Source: Patescibacteria group bacterium
Lineage (GTDB): Bacteria; Patescibacteriota; Microgenomatia; UBA8517
Assembly (NCBI GenBank): GCA_041742135.1
Contig: JBGSJG010000005.1
Coordinates: 5,878-69,877 of the forward strand
Reading direction: 5' to 3'
Length of the DNA: 64,000 nucleotides
Shown: piece by piece, positions 27,917 through 38,007 of the stretch
How positions within the stretch are numbered: the first letter of the stretch is position 1
How the letters are laid out: every line of letters begins with the position of its first letter
Translations under genes and position numbers: made by a program
Notes under the pieces: generated by a model
Databases searched by the model: none
Told to the model about the DNA's origin: nothing
The model's input: only the letters and a program-made list of their open reading frames with translations

Positions 27917-28533
27917 TTCCATCGAGCCTTGTCTTGTGGTTTGGGAATTACCGCTAACCCGTTTGATGGAGGAGTTTCGTCTTGCGCCTCGATATTGCTT
28001 TCTTCTGGGTCAAGCAATGTCTCGAGATTTATAACGACGTCGTCAATTATGGGTAGGAGGTCTGCTGAGTTAATATCGATTGAGTGAAAAGCAATCGTCC
28101 CCTCCTTGTCGCTTTTGGCTTTCCACAAATGTTTACGGCCATCACGACGGAACTCGAGCTTAACTTGTTGTGTCCCCGTTTCGGCATGTTGACTTATTTC
28201 AAACCTTGAAAAACCTCTTGAGGCATACTCGTCGAGATTGTGTCTTTCTACTCCTTGTCTCCACTCATAGGTGGTTCTTGTAGAATCCGGGTTGCAGACA
28301 ATCGTTACTTCAGCGCCTCCGTCTAGTGGTTCTTCGTATTCAAAAGACGAATGGAAATAATTTTTACCAGGATAACCTTCTTTTAGGTGTGAAATTCTTG
28401 ATGCCAAAACAGAGGAAAGCGAACCGAAAGCTTCCCTCGCCTGTCTGTCTTCGTTTAATTCGCCGGGCAAGATTCGGTCGTGTTCTATTTCAAAAGGGCT
28501 ATTTCCTTGCTCGTCATCTACTATATCTGCCAT
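27913..28533 (-). CDS. hypothetical acidic protein (206 aa)
   Basis: ORF immediately downstream of rarA (2-nt gap); no recognisable domain. Confidence 0.4.
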   Translation of the reverse strand: MADIVDDEQGNSPFEIEHDRILPGELNEDRQAREAFGSLSSVLASRISHLKEGYPGKNYFHSSFEYEEPLDGGAEVTIVCNPDSTRTTYEWRQGVERHNLDEYASRGFSRFEISQHAETGTQQVKLEFRRDGRKHLWKAKSDKEGTIAFHSIDINSADLLPIIDDVVINLETLLDPEESNIEAQDETPPSNGLAVIPKPQDKARWN

Positions 28534-28535
28534 AT

Positions 28536-29693
28536 TTAATTATAATACTTCCTCCCCTTTATTTTCTCAGGCAAATAGCTTGATCCGTCATACATCTTGT
28601 AGTCTTTGCCGTAGTCTAAGCTTTTCATGAGCTTGGTCGGCGCGTTACGAATGTTTAGCGGCACAGGTAGGTTTCCGTATTGTTTTACGTCGCTTAAGGC
28701 GGCCATGTAGGCGTCGTATGCTCTACGATCCTTTTTTGCTAACGAGAGGTAGACGACTCCGTGAGCCAGATTTTCTTGGCACTCTGGATAGCCGATTATC
28801 TCGCAAGATCGGAAAACCTCATTTGCCACAACGAGCGCAGTAGGCTGAGCCATGCCAATGTCTTCTGATGCAAAAACTACCATACGACGAGCGATATAAA
28901 GTGGGTCCTGCCCGGCTTCAAGCATGCGCGCCAGATAATATAGAGCCGCATCAACCTGTGAAGCACGCATGGATTTTATAAATGCTGAAATCACGCTATA
29001 AAATTCTTCACCTGCTTTATCAAAATTAAGCTGTCTTCGCTGAAGTGCGTTTTCAATATCTGAAAGCTTAAGTGTTTTACTGCTCGCAATATTTGCCGCA
29101 ATCTCTAGGACATTAAGAAGGACGCGAGCATCAGAGTTACTGGCTTCGATAAGGAATTTTCGGGCTTCTTGAGTAATTTTAACCTTCAAGTATTCACAGC
29201 CCGTTTTCACGATTTTAGCCAATGACTTTTCCTGTAGTTCTTTGAGTACTAAAACTCTACATCTAGACAAAAGAGGTCCAATTACTTCAAATGATGGATT
29301 TTCAGTAGTAGCTCCTATTAAAATAAATTCGCCTTTTTCGACGTGCGGCAAGAGGCGGTCCTGTTGGGCTTTGTTGAATCTGTGTATTTCATCTAAAAAT
29401 AAAATGGGAGCTGGGACAATCTTTTGAGCAACAAGCTTTTGTATTTCTTTTGAAGACGCGTTTACTGCCGAGATCTCAATGTACGGGCGTTTAAGTCCTT
29501 CTGCGATTATTCTGGCAAGGGTGGTTTTGCCAGAGCCCGGTGGCCCCCAGAGAATAAGTGATGGGAAAAAACCAGCGCGCTTATAATTTTTAAATAATTC
29601 ATTGATTATTTTTCCAGGGCCCACAATGTGCTCTTGGCCAACGTAGTCAGCTAGAGTTTTGGGTCGTAGTATCTCAGGAAGTGGAGCGCTCAT
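28536..29693 (-). CDS. rarA: replication-associated recombination protein A (MgsA/RarA AAA+ ATPase)
   Basis: GPPGSGKTTLARII Walker A, FLDEIHRFNK Walker B/sensor, C-terminal MgsA helical domains. Start at the ATG at 29693 (MSAPLPEILRPKTLADYVGQ). Confidence 0.88.
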   Translation of the reverse strand: MSAPLPEILRPKTLADYVGQEHIVGPGKIINELFKNYKRAGFFPSLILWGPPGSGKTTLARIIAEGLKRPYIEISAVNASSKEIQKLVAQKIVPAPILFLDEIHRFNKAQQDRLLPHVEKGEFILIGATTENPSFEVIGPLLSRCRVLVLKELQEKSLAKIVKTGCEYLKVKITQEARKFLIEASNSDARVLLNVLEIAANIASSKTLKLSDIENALQRRQLNFDKAGEEFYSVISAFIKSMRASQVDAALYYLARMLEAGQDPLYIARRMVVFASEDIGMAQPTALVVANEVFRSCEIIGYPECQENLAHGVVYLSLAKKDRRAYDAYMAALSDVKQYGNLPVPLNIRNAPTKLMKSLDYGKDYKMYDGSSYLPEKIKGRKYYN

Positions 29694-29735
29694 ACAGCGA
29701 TTATACTCTGCCCGGCCAAATGCTAAGATTAATAG

Positions 29736-31565
29736 ATGATTAGAATAAAAAACGGACTCGGATATTTGGCGAGCGTTTTCTTTACCTTTCGCAAGGTGCT
29801 GGCGATAGCGTTTTCCGTTCAACGCGAGAAGGTTATTTTGCTTCTCATTCTCTCCGCCGCATCCGGGCTTTTGAATTTTCCTCTTTTGTATCTAGAAAAG
29901 CTGATTATCGACAATTTAGTTAATTTGGCTGGAAACGGGGATCTTAGGGCTGCGATGATCGAGATTTCTATCCTTGTTGGGGCAACTCTCGTTGTGTCTT
30001 TGACTGTTAACTTTATACAGACTTACTTAAGATATTTAAGAAAAATATGCTCAAGATATGTAAGCGCAGAAATTGATTTATTGGTTGCGTCTAAAGTTTC
30101 AAATCTTTCGCTTTCACGGCTTGAAAATGCACATTTTGCCGATCGATTTCAGCGCATTGAGCGTGAAAGCGGGCGGCGAGCATGGGCGATGATGATGCCG
30201 ATTTCATCCATTCCCGGGTCAATCATTGGCCTTATATCCTCAATTACAATCCTTTTTTTGCTACACCCTTTGATTGCCGTTGGTGTTATTTTCTTTTTGG
30301 TGCCACAACTACTTGTCGACTCGCGTTTTATTAAAAAGGAGTATGAGCTAGACAGCAGGCTTGCGCCTTTCGATCGAATCTGGGGATGGCTTAACCACTA
30401 CCTTACACGCAATCGTAGTTTTGCTGAGCTTAAAGTCTTAGGAGTTTCCGGCTATCTATCATGGAAGCTTCGGAAGACCCAAGAGAAAGTGCTAGGAGCA
30501 CGAACTGTGGTGAATCGCAAGCGTGACTTGGCGCAGTTTTGGACTGAAATCCCCTTAACCATTTTTGAATTTTCGGTCTCAATTGTTTTGGTTTTTTGGG
30601 TATTAAGTTTACGCATTACGATCGGCTCTTTTCAGTTCTACACACGAACTCTGCGCTCGGCCGAAAATTACCTTCGCGACTTAGTTAGCTCGGTTTTAGA
30701 GCTTTACGAAAATTACTTGTACGTTAAAGACTTGGTTTGGCTTTTGGGGGTAAAGACCGAGCAGGAGCGCCAAGTTAGTCTCGTGAACGAACCATTGCCC
30801 GATTCATCGGTAATCGAGTTTAAAAATGTTTGGTTCAGGTATAAAAAATCACAAAAATGGACACTTCGAGATTTCAATCTAACCATCAAGCCTTACGAGA
30901 AGCTGGCGGTCGTGGGGCTTAACGGAGCAGGCAAGTCAACTTTTATAAAACTTCTTTGTGGTTTTTATAAACCTGAGCGTGGTGCCGTTTTGGTTAATGG
31001 TCGCGAGCTATCCACAATCGATATTGATTCTTGGCGAAAAAATTTGTCAGTTCTTTTCCAAGAGTTTGAATCCTACACCTTTACTGTCCAAGAATCGATT
31101 GGTTATGGCGACATCGATAGACTTGATGATTTAGCCGCAATCGCGGGAGTTGCACAAAAAACTGGTATTAATGAGTTTATTGAAAAGTTACCTTTAAAAT
31201 ATAAAAACCCGCTCGATCCACAGTTTTACAAAGGCATCCGCCCTTCCTTGGGTCAAGCTCAAAGAATTGGTATTGCTCGCATGCTTTATAGGCAGAGCGC
31301 AACGCTACTAGTCATGGATGAGCCCACCAGTAGCGTCGATCCGGAGGTGGAGGAGCAGATATTTCAGGAAGTCAAAAGAGTCACGGAAAACAAAACTTTG
31401 GTATTTGTGACTCAAAGGTTTTCAACAGTCAGGCTTGCTGACAGAATAATTGTTATTGGCGATGGTCGTGTGCTTGAGGAAGGAACGCACGGGCACTTGA
31501 TCAAAAAAGGTAAAATATATGCTAAGCTTTTTGATTTGCAGGCGAAGGCATACAAAATTTCGTAA
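29736..31565 (+). CDS. ABC exporter, fused TMD-NBD half-transporter
   Basis: 6 TM helices, then Walker A GLNGAGKST, a degenerate signature PSLGQAQR, Walker B LLVMDEP, and TQR in place of the H-loop. Confidence 0.82.
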   Translation: MIRIKNGLGYLASVFFTFRKVLAIAFSVQREKVILLLILSAASGLLNFPLLYLEKLIIDNLVNLAGNGDLRAAMIEISILVGATLVVSLTVNFIQTYLRYLRKICSRYVSAEIDLLVASKVSNLSLSRLENAHFADRFQRIERESGRRAWAMMMPISSIPGSIIGLISSITILFLLHPLIAVGVIFFLVPQLLVDSRFIKKEYELDSRLAPFDRIWGWLNHYLTRNRSFAELKVLGVSGYLSWKLRKTQEKVLGARTVVNRKRDLAQFWTEIPLTIFEFSVSIVLVFWVLSLRITIGSFQFYTRTLRSAENYLRDLVSSVLELYENYLYVKDLVWLLGVKTEQERQVSLVNEPLPDSSVIEFKNVWFRYKKSQKWTLRDFNLTIKPYEKLAVVGLNGAGKSTFIKLLCGFYKPERGAVLVNGRELSTIDIDSWRKNLSVLFQEFESYTFTVQESIGYGDIDRLDDLAAIAGVAQKTGINEFIEKLPLKYKNPLDPQFYKGIRPSLGQAQRIGIARMLYRQSATLLVMDEPTSSVDPEVEEQIFQEVKRVTENKTLVFVTQRFSTVRLADRIIVIGDGRVLEEGTHGHLIKKGKIYAKLFDLQAKAYKIS

Positions 31566-32207
31566 ATGAGAAATACTAATTTGTTTGAAGGCAGGATTGT
31601 CGTTGAGAGACGTGTATCGAGTATCAACGGAGAACTTGTTGTTATTCGTGATTTAGCTTTTGGAACTTACATCCACGGAGGTGATATCCCTCAATCGGGC
31701 GGGTTGGCCGAGAGCATCTGGAAGCAGGTATTGAAAAATTTTAAGGATCGCGATATTACGTCGTGTTTAATTGTTGGGCTTGGGGGTGGATCGATAGCAA
31801 AATTGGTTCGTAAGAACTGGCAGGCATCCAAAATTGTTGGTGTAGACATCGATCCGGTAATTGTTGAGCTGGGCAGGAAGTACTTAAAACTTGATCAGCA
31901 AGAGGTTGAAGCTCATATCGAAGACGCCGAGAAGTTTATTGGTGAGGCTGTTAAGGCACACGACCTTTATGATCTGATTTGTTTTGATACTTACGTCAAA
32001 CAAGATTTCCCTTCCAAATTTGAATCAATCGAGTTAATCAGAAACGTCAAAAAATTGATGGCCAAGAATGGTATGGCGATTTTCAATAGATTATATGGAC
32101 CAGATGAGCGCAAAAAAGCCATAAATTTTGAAAAAACTCTTCTTAAGGTGTTTCCAAAAGTAGATCGATTTTTCCCCGAAGCGAATGTGATGTTTGTTTG
32201 TAGTTAA
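31566..32207 (+). CDS. spermidine-synthase-like (PABS fold) SAM-dependent methyltransferase-fold protein
   Basis: LIVGLGGGSIAKLV ... VGVDIDPVIVELGRKYL ... ICFD. Start codon directly abuts the ABC gene stop (TAAATG). Confidence 0.6.
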   Translation: MRNTNLFEGRIVVERRVSSINGELVVIRDLAFGTYIHGGDIPQSGGLAESIWKQVLKNFKDRDITSCLIVGLGGGSIAKLVRKNWQASKIVGVDIDPVIVELGRKYLKLDQQEVEAHIEDAEKFIGEAVKAHDLYDLICFDTYVKQDFPSKFESIELIRNVKKLMAKNGMAIFNRLYGPDERKKAINFEKTLLKVFPKVDRFFPEANVMFVCS

Positions 32208-33268
32208 ACAATCTTTGCCTTAGTAGCTAAATCCCAAGCTTGTTTTTTATTCATGACTGATGCCCCGAAGCTCGCGAAGACTAATAGCATCGAAAATAGC
32301 CAGCCTATTACCGGAATTGCGCTGACTAAATAATAAATTACGATGCCTCCAACAAAAAAGCCGTAGATGTTTGTTTTGATGTTGGTTTTTTGAGATATAA
32401 AATTCCCGATTGCGATCATGCCGTAAATTCGTGAAAGATATATAAATACTACAAAAAATAATGAGCCGATGAGGGCAACTGGAATGCCAATGATTGTGAA
32501 AACTAAGACCAGAAATACGATCAAACCAACAACTAAAGAAATAAATCCTTTTGTTGTTGTTTCAACCAAATTGGAAAGTACTAAGTCAGATCCTCTTTTT
32601 ATGTAATTGGGCATAAGTTTTATGGCAAGTAGGCCAATTATTAAAGTGGTAATTAAACTGGCTAGCTTCGTAAAAAGCGAGAAACCGCCTGCAACCGCTT
32701 CCCATTCTTGGTCGTAGTCTCGGGTCATAAATTCAGGAGTGGGCCTTCGGTTTATTGTCCCAGAAACTGAGGCAGTATCCGCCACTGAAATTTCTTCTTC
32801 GCTGATGTAGTTTACCGAACCAGCAATCTTAGAATTAGGAGTGATTCGGAGGTTTCCGACTGCGGCTTCTATGTCTCCTCCTACCAAGTTGCCAATGACA
32901 AGGTTTCCTACGCCTGCAGTTACACCTTTGCCAATCGGTGAATTAACGTTTACATTACCTCCGGCTGTTGTTAAGCTGCCTCCGATTGTTGCACTGTCAG
33001 TAAACTCCAAATTGCCCCCAACTGCTGTGACGTTTCGGCCGATGTCGCCCGTAAAAGTTACTTGGCCTCCTGCAACGCGAACGTTATGAAGGACTTCGCC
33101 TGAAATGGTAACTGTTCCTGCAGCCACAATTAAATCACCATTTATAAATCCATCAACCAAAACTGTACCCCCCGCGGCGTAAACGTCGCCATTTACTGTT
33201 CCATAAAGCTCAACCACGTCTCCAGTAACAAAATAATCTTTATTAATGATCTCTGTTTCGGAAAGCAC
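32204..33268 (-). CDS. bactofilin-like / polymer-forming beta-helical repeat protein fused to a C-terminal polytopic membrane domain
   Basis: N-terminal 190 aa of G-x-V/G-x-L repeats (GDVVELYGTVNGDVYAAGGTVLVDGFINGDLIVAAGTV...), then 5-6 TM helices. GTG start at 33268. Confidence 0.5.
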   Translation of the reverse strand: MLSETEIINKDYFVTGDVVELYGTVNGDVYAAGGTVLVDGFINGDLIVAAGTVTISGEVLHNVRVAGGQVTFTGDIGRNVTAVGGNLEFTDSATIGGSLTTAGGNVNVNSPIGKGVTAGVGNLVIGNLVGGDIEAAVGNLRITPNSKIAGSVNYISEEEISVADTASVSGTINRRPTPEFMTRDYDQEWEAVAGGFSLFTKLASLITTLIIGLLAIKLMPNYIKRGSDLVLSNLVETTTKGFISLVVGLIVFLVLVFTIIGIPVALIGSLFFVVFIYLSRIYGMIAIGNFISQKTNIKTNIYGFFVGGIVIYYLVSAIPVIGWLFSMLLVFASFGASVMNKKQAWDLATKAKIV

Positions 33269-33425
33269 CTTTACTTCCTGAAATCACTACGGGCATATAC
33301 TGCCGTTGGAGCCGCCACCAGGACTGCAATTAAACTAATAAAAAATAATAATTTGCGCACAGCTTATTCTAAACCAAATATTCGGTAGAGTGCAAATTAG
33401 CCAAGGTAAAGTATAATGGGTAGTT

Positions 33426-36122
33426 ATGATACAGCTATTCTCAAATATTTTAGATTTAAACAAGCGAGAAGTTACAAGAATTCAAAAGATTGTAGATAAG
33501 ATCAATGCCTTTGAGGAAAATGTAGCCAAACTCAAAGATAGCGATTTTCCTAAAAAAACCGAGGAGTTTAAAAAGCGTTTGTCTGGTGGTGAAAACTTGG
33601 AAGATATAATGGTTGAAGGCTTTGCCCTTGTACGAGAAGCCGCAAAAAGGGCCGTAGGCATGAGGCCCTATGATGTACAGCTTATTGCAGGAATCGCACT
33701 TTTTGAAGGCAAAATCGCCGAACAAAAAACTGGGGAAGGCAAAACCTTATCAGCCGCGGCACCTTTATATCTTCGAGCGCTTACTGGTAGAGGGGTTCAT
33801 TTGGTAACTGTTAACGATTATTTGGCCCGAATAGGTGCTGGTTGGAATGCCCCAATTTATGAATTTTTAGGTCTTACTGTCGGCGTAATTGCTCAGGAAC
33901 AAAAAAGCTATTTTTATGATTCGGGTTTCTCAGACGTTAGCCACGGAGACGATCGATTGGTTCATTTAAAGCCGGTTGAGAGGCGTGAGGCTTATCGCGC
34001 CGACATAACCTACGGGACCAACAACGAATTTGGCTTTGATTATTTGCGCGACAACATGGTGCCTGAGGTTTCGCGCATGGTACAGCGGGGTCATTATTAT
34101 GCAATCGTCGACGAGGTAGACCAGGTCTTAGTCGACGAAGCTCGCACTCCTTTGATCATCTCAGCTCCCGACATGGAGCCTACAGATAAATACTATAAAT
34201 TCGCAGGCCTTGTGGGGAAGCTTAACCCAGATACTGACTACACGATCGACGAGAAAGCAAAAAGCGCAACACTTACAGAGCACGGTATTTCCAAAGTTGA
34301 AAAAATCTTGGGGGTTAGTAATCTTTACGAAAAAGATTTTGACACGATTCATCACATTGAAAATGCACTTAGGGCTCGTGCACATTACCTGCGAGACCGC
34401 GAGTATATTGTTAAAGACGATCAGGTTATCATTGTCGATGAGTTTACAGGTCGGCTCATGCCTGGCCGCCGCTGGAGTGATGGCTTGCACCAAGCCGTAG
34501 AGGCGAAGGAAAACGTTAAAATCCAGCAGGAAAGTAAAACTCTAGCGACTATTTCTTTCCAGAATTACTTTAGGATGTATGAGCACTTGGCCGGAATGAC
34601 AGGAACCGCTGCCACAGAAGCTGACGAGTTTAGAAAGATTTACGACCTTGATGTCATCGTGGTTCCAACCCATTTGGCGACAAAAAGAGCGGACAAATCT
34701 GATTTAATCTATAAAACTGTACGTGGAAAATATAGCGCACTTGCGGCCGAAATTGCCCAGCGTTACGAAAAAGGGCAGCCTGTTTTGGTAGGTACTACGT
34801 CGGTGGAAAAAAATGAAATCATCAGCCAACTTCTTCGTAAAAAGAAAATTCCACATAACGTCCTTAACGCTAAAAATCATGAACACGAGGCTATGATTAT
34901 CGCCGATGCTGGAAAACCAAGAGGGGTAACAGTTGCTACGAACATGGCGGGGCGCGGTGTCGATATTGTCTTAGGAGGAGCAATTCCTGATCGGCCCGGA
35001 GAGCTAAGTTATGAAGAATACAAAAAATCAAAGGCTTATCAAAAGTGGCAAGAGGAACATGAAAAAGTCGTAAATGCCGGGGGACTTTATGTTTTGGGAA
35101 CAGAGCGACACGAGTCGCGAAGAATTGACAATCAGCTTCGCGGGCGCTCTGGCCGCCAAGGTGATCCGGGGGAGTCGAGATTTTATTTGTCACTCGAAGA
35201 CGATTTGATGCGCATTTTTGGAGGGGAACAGATAAGTGGCGTAATGGATCGGTTGCATCTTCCGGAGGATCAGCCAATTGAAAACGCATTGGTTTCGCGC
35301 GTCATCGAACAATCGCAAGTCAAAGTTGAAGGCTTCCACTTTGATCAAAGAAAGCGACTCGTCGAATATGACGACGTAGCCAACCAGCAGCGCGACATAG
35401 TTTATAAGCTTCGAAAGCGCGTACTTGAATCAAAAGACGTAAAGGACGAGGTCATGGAGAAAATTGAAAATGAGACTTCGCAAATTGTGAGTTTTAGCTG
35501 GCCAGAAAATAGCGAGAAAGCCGACTACGACAAGTTGGTTGTCGAGTTTTCAGAACTTGTTCCTTTTGATGAGCCTTCTCGCGAGCGACTCAAAGCGGCG
35601 TTTTCAAAAATTAATGATCGAGAAAAACTTGTTGAAGCTGTTAAAAAAGTGGTTCGTGAAACTCACGCCTCTCGTGAAAAAGAATTGGGGGCGGATTTGA
35701 TGAGACAGATCGAGCGCCACTCGTACTTAACCACAATTGATCACTTGTGGATGGATTACATAGACCGCATTGCCGATTTTCAGGAGGGGGTAAAACTTAG
35801 AAGCTACGCACAACGAGATCCGTTAGTGGACTTTAAAAACGAAGCCTTCAATATGTTTGAGACCCTACTAAATAAAATCGACAGCGAACTGTCACGTAGA
35901 ATTTTTAGAGTACAAGTGGTCTCGGGAGGAACTGGTATTCCACTCTCGCAAGCCAAAACTAATGTAGATACGGCTGATTCAACTGGTTTAGTAGACGAAA
36001 GTGCCGACATGACTGCCGCAACAGGTGAACCTGCCTTTGCTAAAAAAATGGGCCGTAACGACCCTTGTTGGTGTGGCAGTGGCAAAAAGTGGAAACACTG
36101 TCATTATCCTAACCGCAATTAG
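33426..36122 (+). CDS. secA: preprotein translocase ATPase SecA
   Basis: DEAD-like motor (MKTGEGKTL, DEVD), preprotein cross-linking and scaffold domains, C-terminal Zn finger CWCGSGKKWKHCH. Confidence 0.95.
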   Translation: MIQLFSNILDLNKREVTRIQKIVDKINAFEENVAKLKDSDFPKKTEEFKKRLSGGENLEDIMVEGFALVREAAKRAVGMRPYDVQLIAGIALFEGKIAEQKTGEGKTLSAAAPLYLRALTGRGVHLVTVNDYLARIGAGWNAPIYEFLGLTVGVIAQEQKSYFYDSGFSDVSHGDDRLVHLKPVERREAYRADITYGTNNEFGFDYLRDNMVPEVSRMVQRGHYYAIVDEVDQVLVDEARTPLIISAPDMEPTDKYYKFAGLVGKLNPDTDYTIDEKAKSATLTEHGISKVEKILGVSNLYEKDFDTIHHIENALRARAHYLRDREYIVKDDQVIIVDEFTGRLMPGRRWSDGLHQAVEAKENVKIQQESKTLATISFQNYFRMYEHLAGMTGTAATEADEFRKIYDLDVIVVPTHLATKRADKSDLIYKTVRGKYSALAAEIAQRYEKGQPVLVGTTSVEKNEIISQLLRKKKIPHNVLNAKNHEHEAMIIADAGKPRGVTVATNMAGRGVDIVLGGAIPDRPGELSYEEYKKSKAYQKWQEEHEKVVNAGGLYVLGTERHESRRIDNQLRGRSGRQGDPGESRFYLSLEDDLMRIFGGEQISGVMDRLHLPEDQPIENALVSRVIEQSQVKVEGFHFDQRKRLVEYDDVANQQRDIVYKLRKRVLESKDVKDEVMEKIENETSQIVSFSWPENSEKADYDKLVVEFSELVPFDEPSRERLKAAFSKINDREKLVEAVKKVVRETHASREKELGADLMRQIERHSYLTTIDHLWMDYIDRIADFQEGVKLRSYAQRDPLVDFKNEAFNMFETLLNKIDSELSRRIFRVQVVSGGTGIPLSQAKTNVDTADSTGLVDESADMTAATGEPAFAKKMGRNDPCWCGSGKKWKHCHYPNRN

Positions 36123-37816
36123 TTATTAGGTACCAGTATGTTTTTTTGGAAGTGATAGATCTTGTTAACAAGTTTAAGCTCCTCCTTGTTATGGGTGACT
36201 AATATAACGGTTTTATCTTCTAGATATTCCATCAAAAAATGTATGATTTTTTCTTTGTTTTCATCGTCAATTCCATTGAATGGTTCGTCCAACAAATATA
36301 TTTGGCTGTCAGACAAAAGCCCTCTGAGTATTCTTAATCTTTGCAATTGTCCTGAAGAGAAGTTTGTATCCTTGTCGCCGATAATAACATCTAGATTCTT
36401 AAAGAAACGAATTATTTGCAGATTTTCCATTAAATAGTCTAGCCTGCTGCTATCGACACTTTTTCCCAGAAGAATATTATCTTTTATCGAAATGTTAAAC
36501 AAAGGGTCGTTATTGTTTATAAGCGTAATGTCGCCGGGCATAATATTAACACTAGCCATCTGTTGATCGTCAACACAATATCGCCCCGAATAGTCTGTCT
36601 GGCCCAAAAGTGTGTGTAAAAGAGTGCTTTTGCCAGAGCCGCTTTCCCCTAGTATGCCTATTTTGTCATTCTTGCTGATTGATAATTGAGGCACCCTAAC
36701 ATTAATTGGCAAGCCCTTTTGGTTTTTGATTTGAATGGAAATATTAGTAAGATTAATTTTCTTCCAGTCTTTTGGGAAACTACCTTGGGACCGAGTATTT
36801 CCTAATTCGAGATTGGCGAATTTAGAATTTACGAGTTTTGTGTTTTCCCTTTGCTGAATTAGCCCAACCATTACACCTATAAAATGGACAATAACCCCCC
36901 AAAGATTGCTGTATGACCACTGAAGTAAAATTAAGTATCCCAAGGGGAGAGCTCCTGAAATAACTTGGAATAATCCATAAGAGAAGGTAAAAATATAAAT
37001 AACATTGTAAAGCATAAGTTGGATGAACCATCTACTTGAGTGTTCAACTCTTACATTTTTGAATTTTTCCCAAACTTTACCCAAGCCGTCTACATATCTG
37101 CTTTCAAAATAATTAGCAATATTGAGTCGCTTGATTGAATTGAGATTAATTGTAAAATTTTGGATTAATGATCCCAGCTCTACATCTTCTTCAATATATT
37201 CGCTCTCAACTTTTGCATAACGCTTGGAGAGCCGAAGTGCTAAAATCATGAGCACAATTACAAGAATAATATTAATAATTAATATAAAGGGATTTTGCAA
37301 GTAAAGCACAAATGCAATAAGTACGATCCGAACCAAGTTGTCTGGTGTATTCCACACCCACTCTCTTAGAAAAGCTGCCACATTGTTTGTGTATTTGTCG
37401 ATTAGGATAGTAAGTTTCTCTTTTGAGAAGTTTTGAAGATGTGTCCAATTTGAGTTGAGAAAAGTTTTATAAAAGCTTAGCTTAAGTTCGTCAGCGTACA
37501 GCTTCGGAATTGCTTCTGCATATTTTCGTGTAAAGAAATCTAAAATCTCTACGCTGAAACGAATCACGACAAAAAGCGGAATAAAGAACATAAACAAACG
37601 GGACGGTGTGAGGCTTGATATCTGATTAAGCAGATTTCCTAGTAAAAGTGCAAACACAAAAGAACCGGAGCTTGAAAGAATTCGTATCAGAGTAAGAAGC
37701 AAAAAAATCTTCTTGTATCGGCCCAAATTCTTAAAAAAGAACGCAAATCCATAACTTGGAAGAGGATAGACCTCACGGATTTTTAGAAATGAACTGCCTT
37801 TCGCTTTCCAGAACAT
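36119..37816 (-). CDS. ABC exporter, fused TMD-NBD
   Basis: 6 TM helices, then Walker A GESGSGKST, signature FSSGQLQRLRI, Walker B IYLLDEP, H-loop VTHN. Confidence 0.8.
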   Translation of the reverse strand: MFWKAKGSSFLKIREVYPLPSYGFAFFFKNLGRYKKIFLLLTLIRILSSSGSFVFALLLGNLLNQISSLTPSRLFMFFIPLFVVIRFSVEILDFFTRKYAEAIPKLYADELKLSFYKTFLNSNWTHLQNFSKEKLTILIDKYTNNVAAFLREWVWNTPDNLVRIVLIAFVLYLQNPFILIINIILVIVLMILALRLSKRYAKVESEYIEEDVELGSLIQNFTINLNSIKRLNIANYFESRYVDGLGKVWEKFKNVRVEHSSRWFIQLMLYNVIYIFTFSYGLFQVISGALPLGYLILLQWSYSNLWGVIVHFIGVMVGLIQQRENTKLVNSKFANLELGNTRSQGSFPKDWKKINLTNISIQIKNQKGLPINVRVPQLSISKNDKIGILGESGSGKSTLLHTLLGQTDYSGRYCVDDQQMASVNIMPGDITLINNNDPLFNISIKDNILLGKSVDSSRLDYLMENLQIIRFFKNLDVIIGDKDTNFSSGQLQRLRILRGLLSDSQIYLLDEPFNGIDDENKEKIIHFLMEYLEDKTVILVTHNKEELKLVNKIYHFQKNILVPNN

Positions 37817-38007
37817 ATTTTTATTGTACTGCTTTTGAATCCACCTGAGTAATTAACTTATTTATAAATTTTTGATAAAATTATCTTGTCTTTGGGTTGG
37901 GGTCGCATTTAATGCGGAAGTGGCAGAAGTGGGTTAAACCCTACCTCCTTTCTCCCCAAGCAGATCGCCCACGTAAAGGCTTGGCTCCAACACCAAAGCA
38001 AAGAAAA

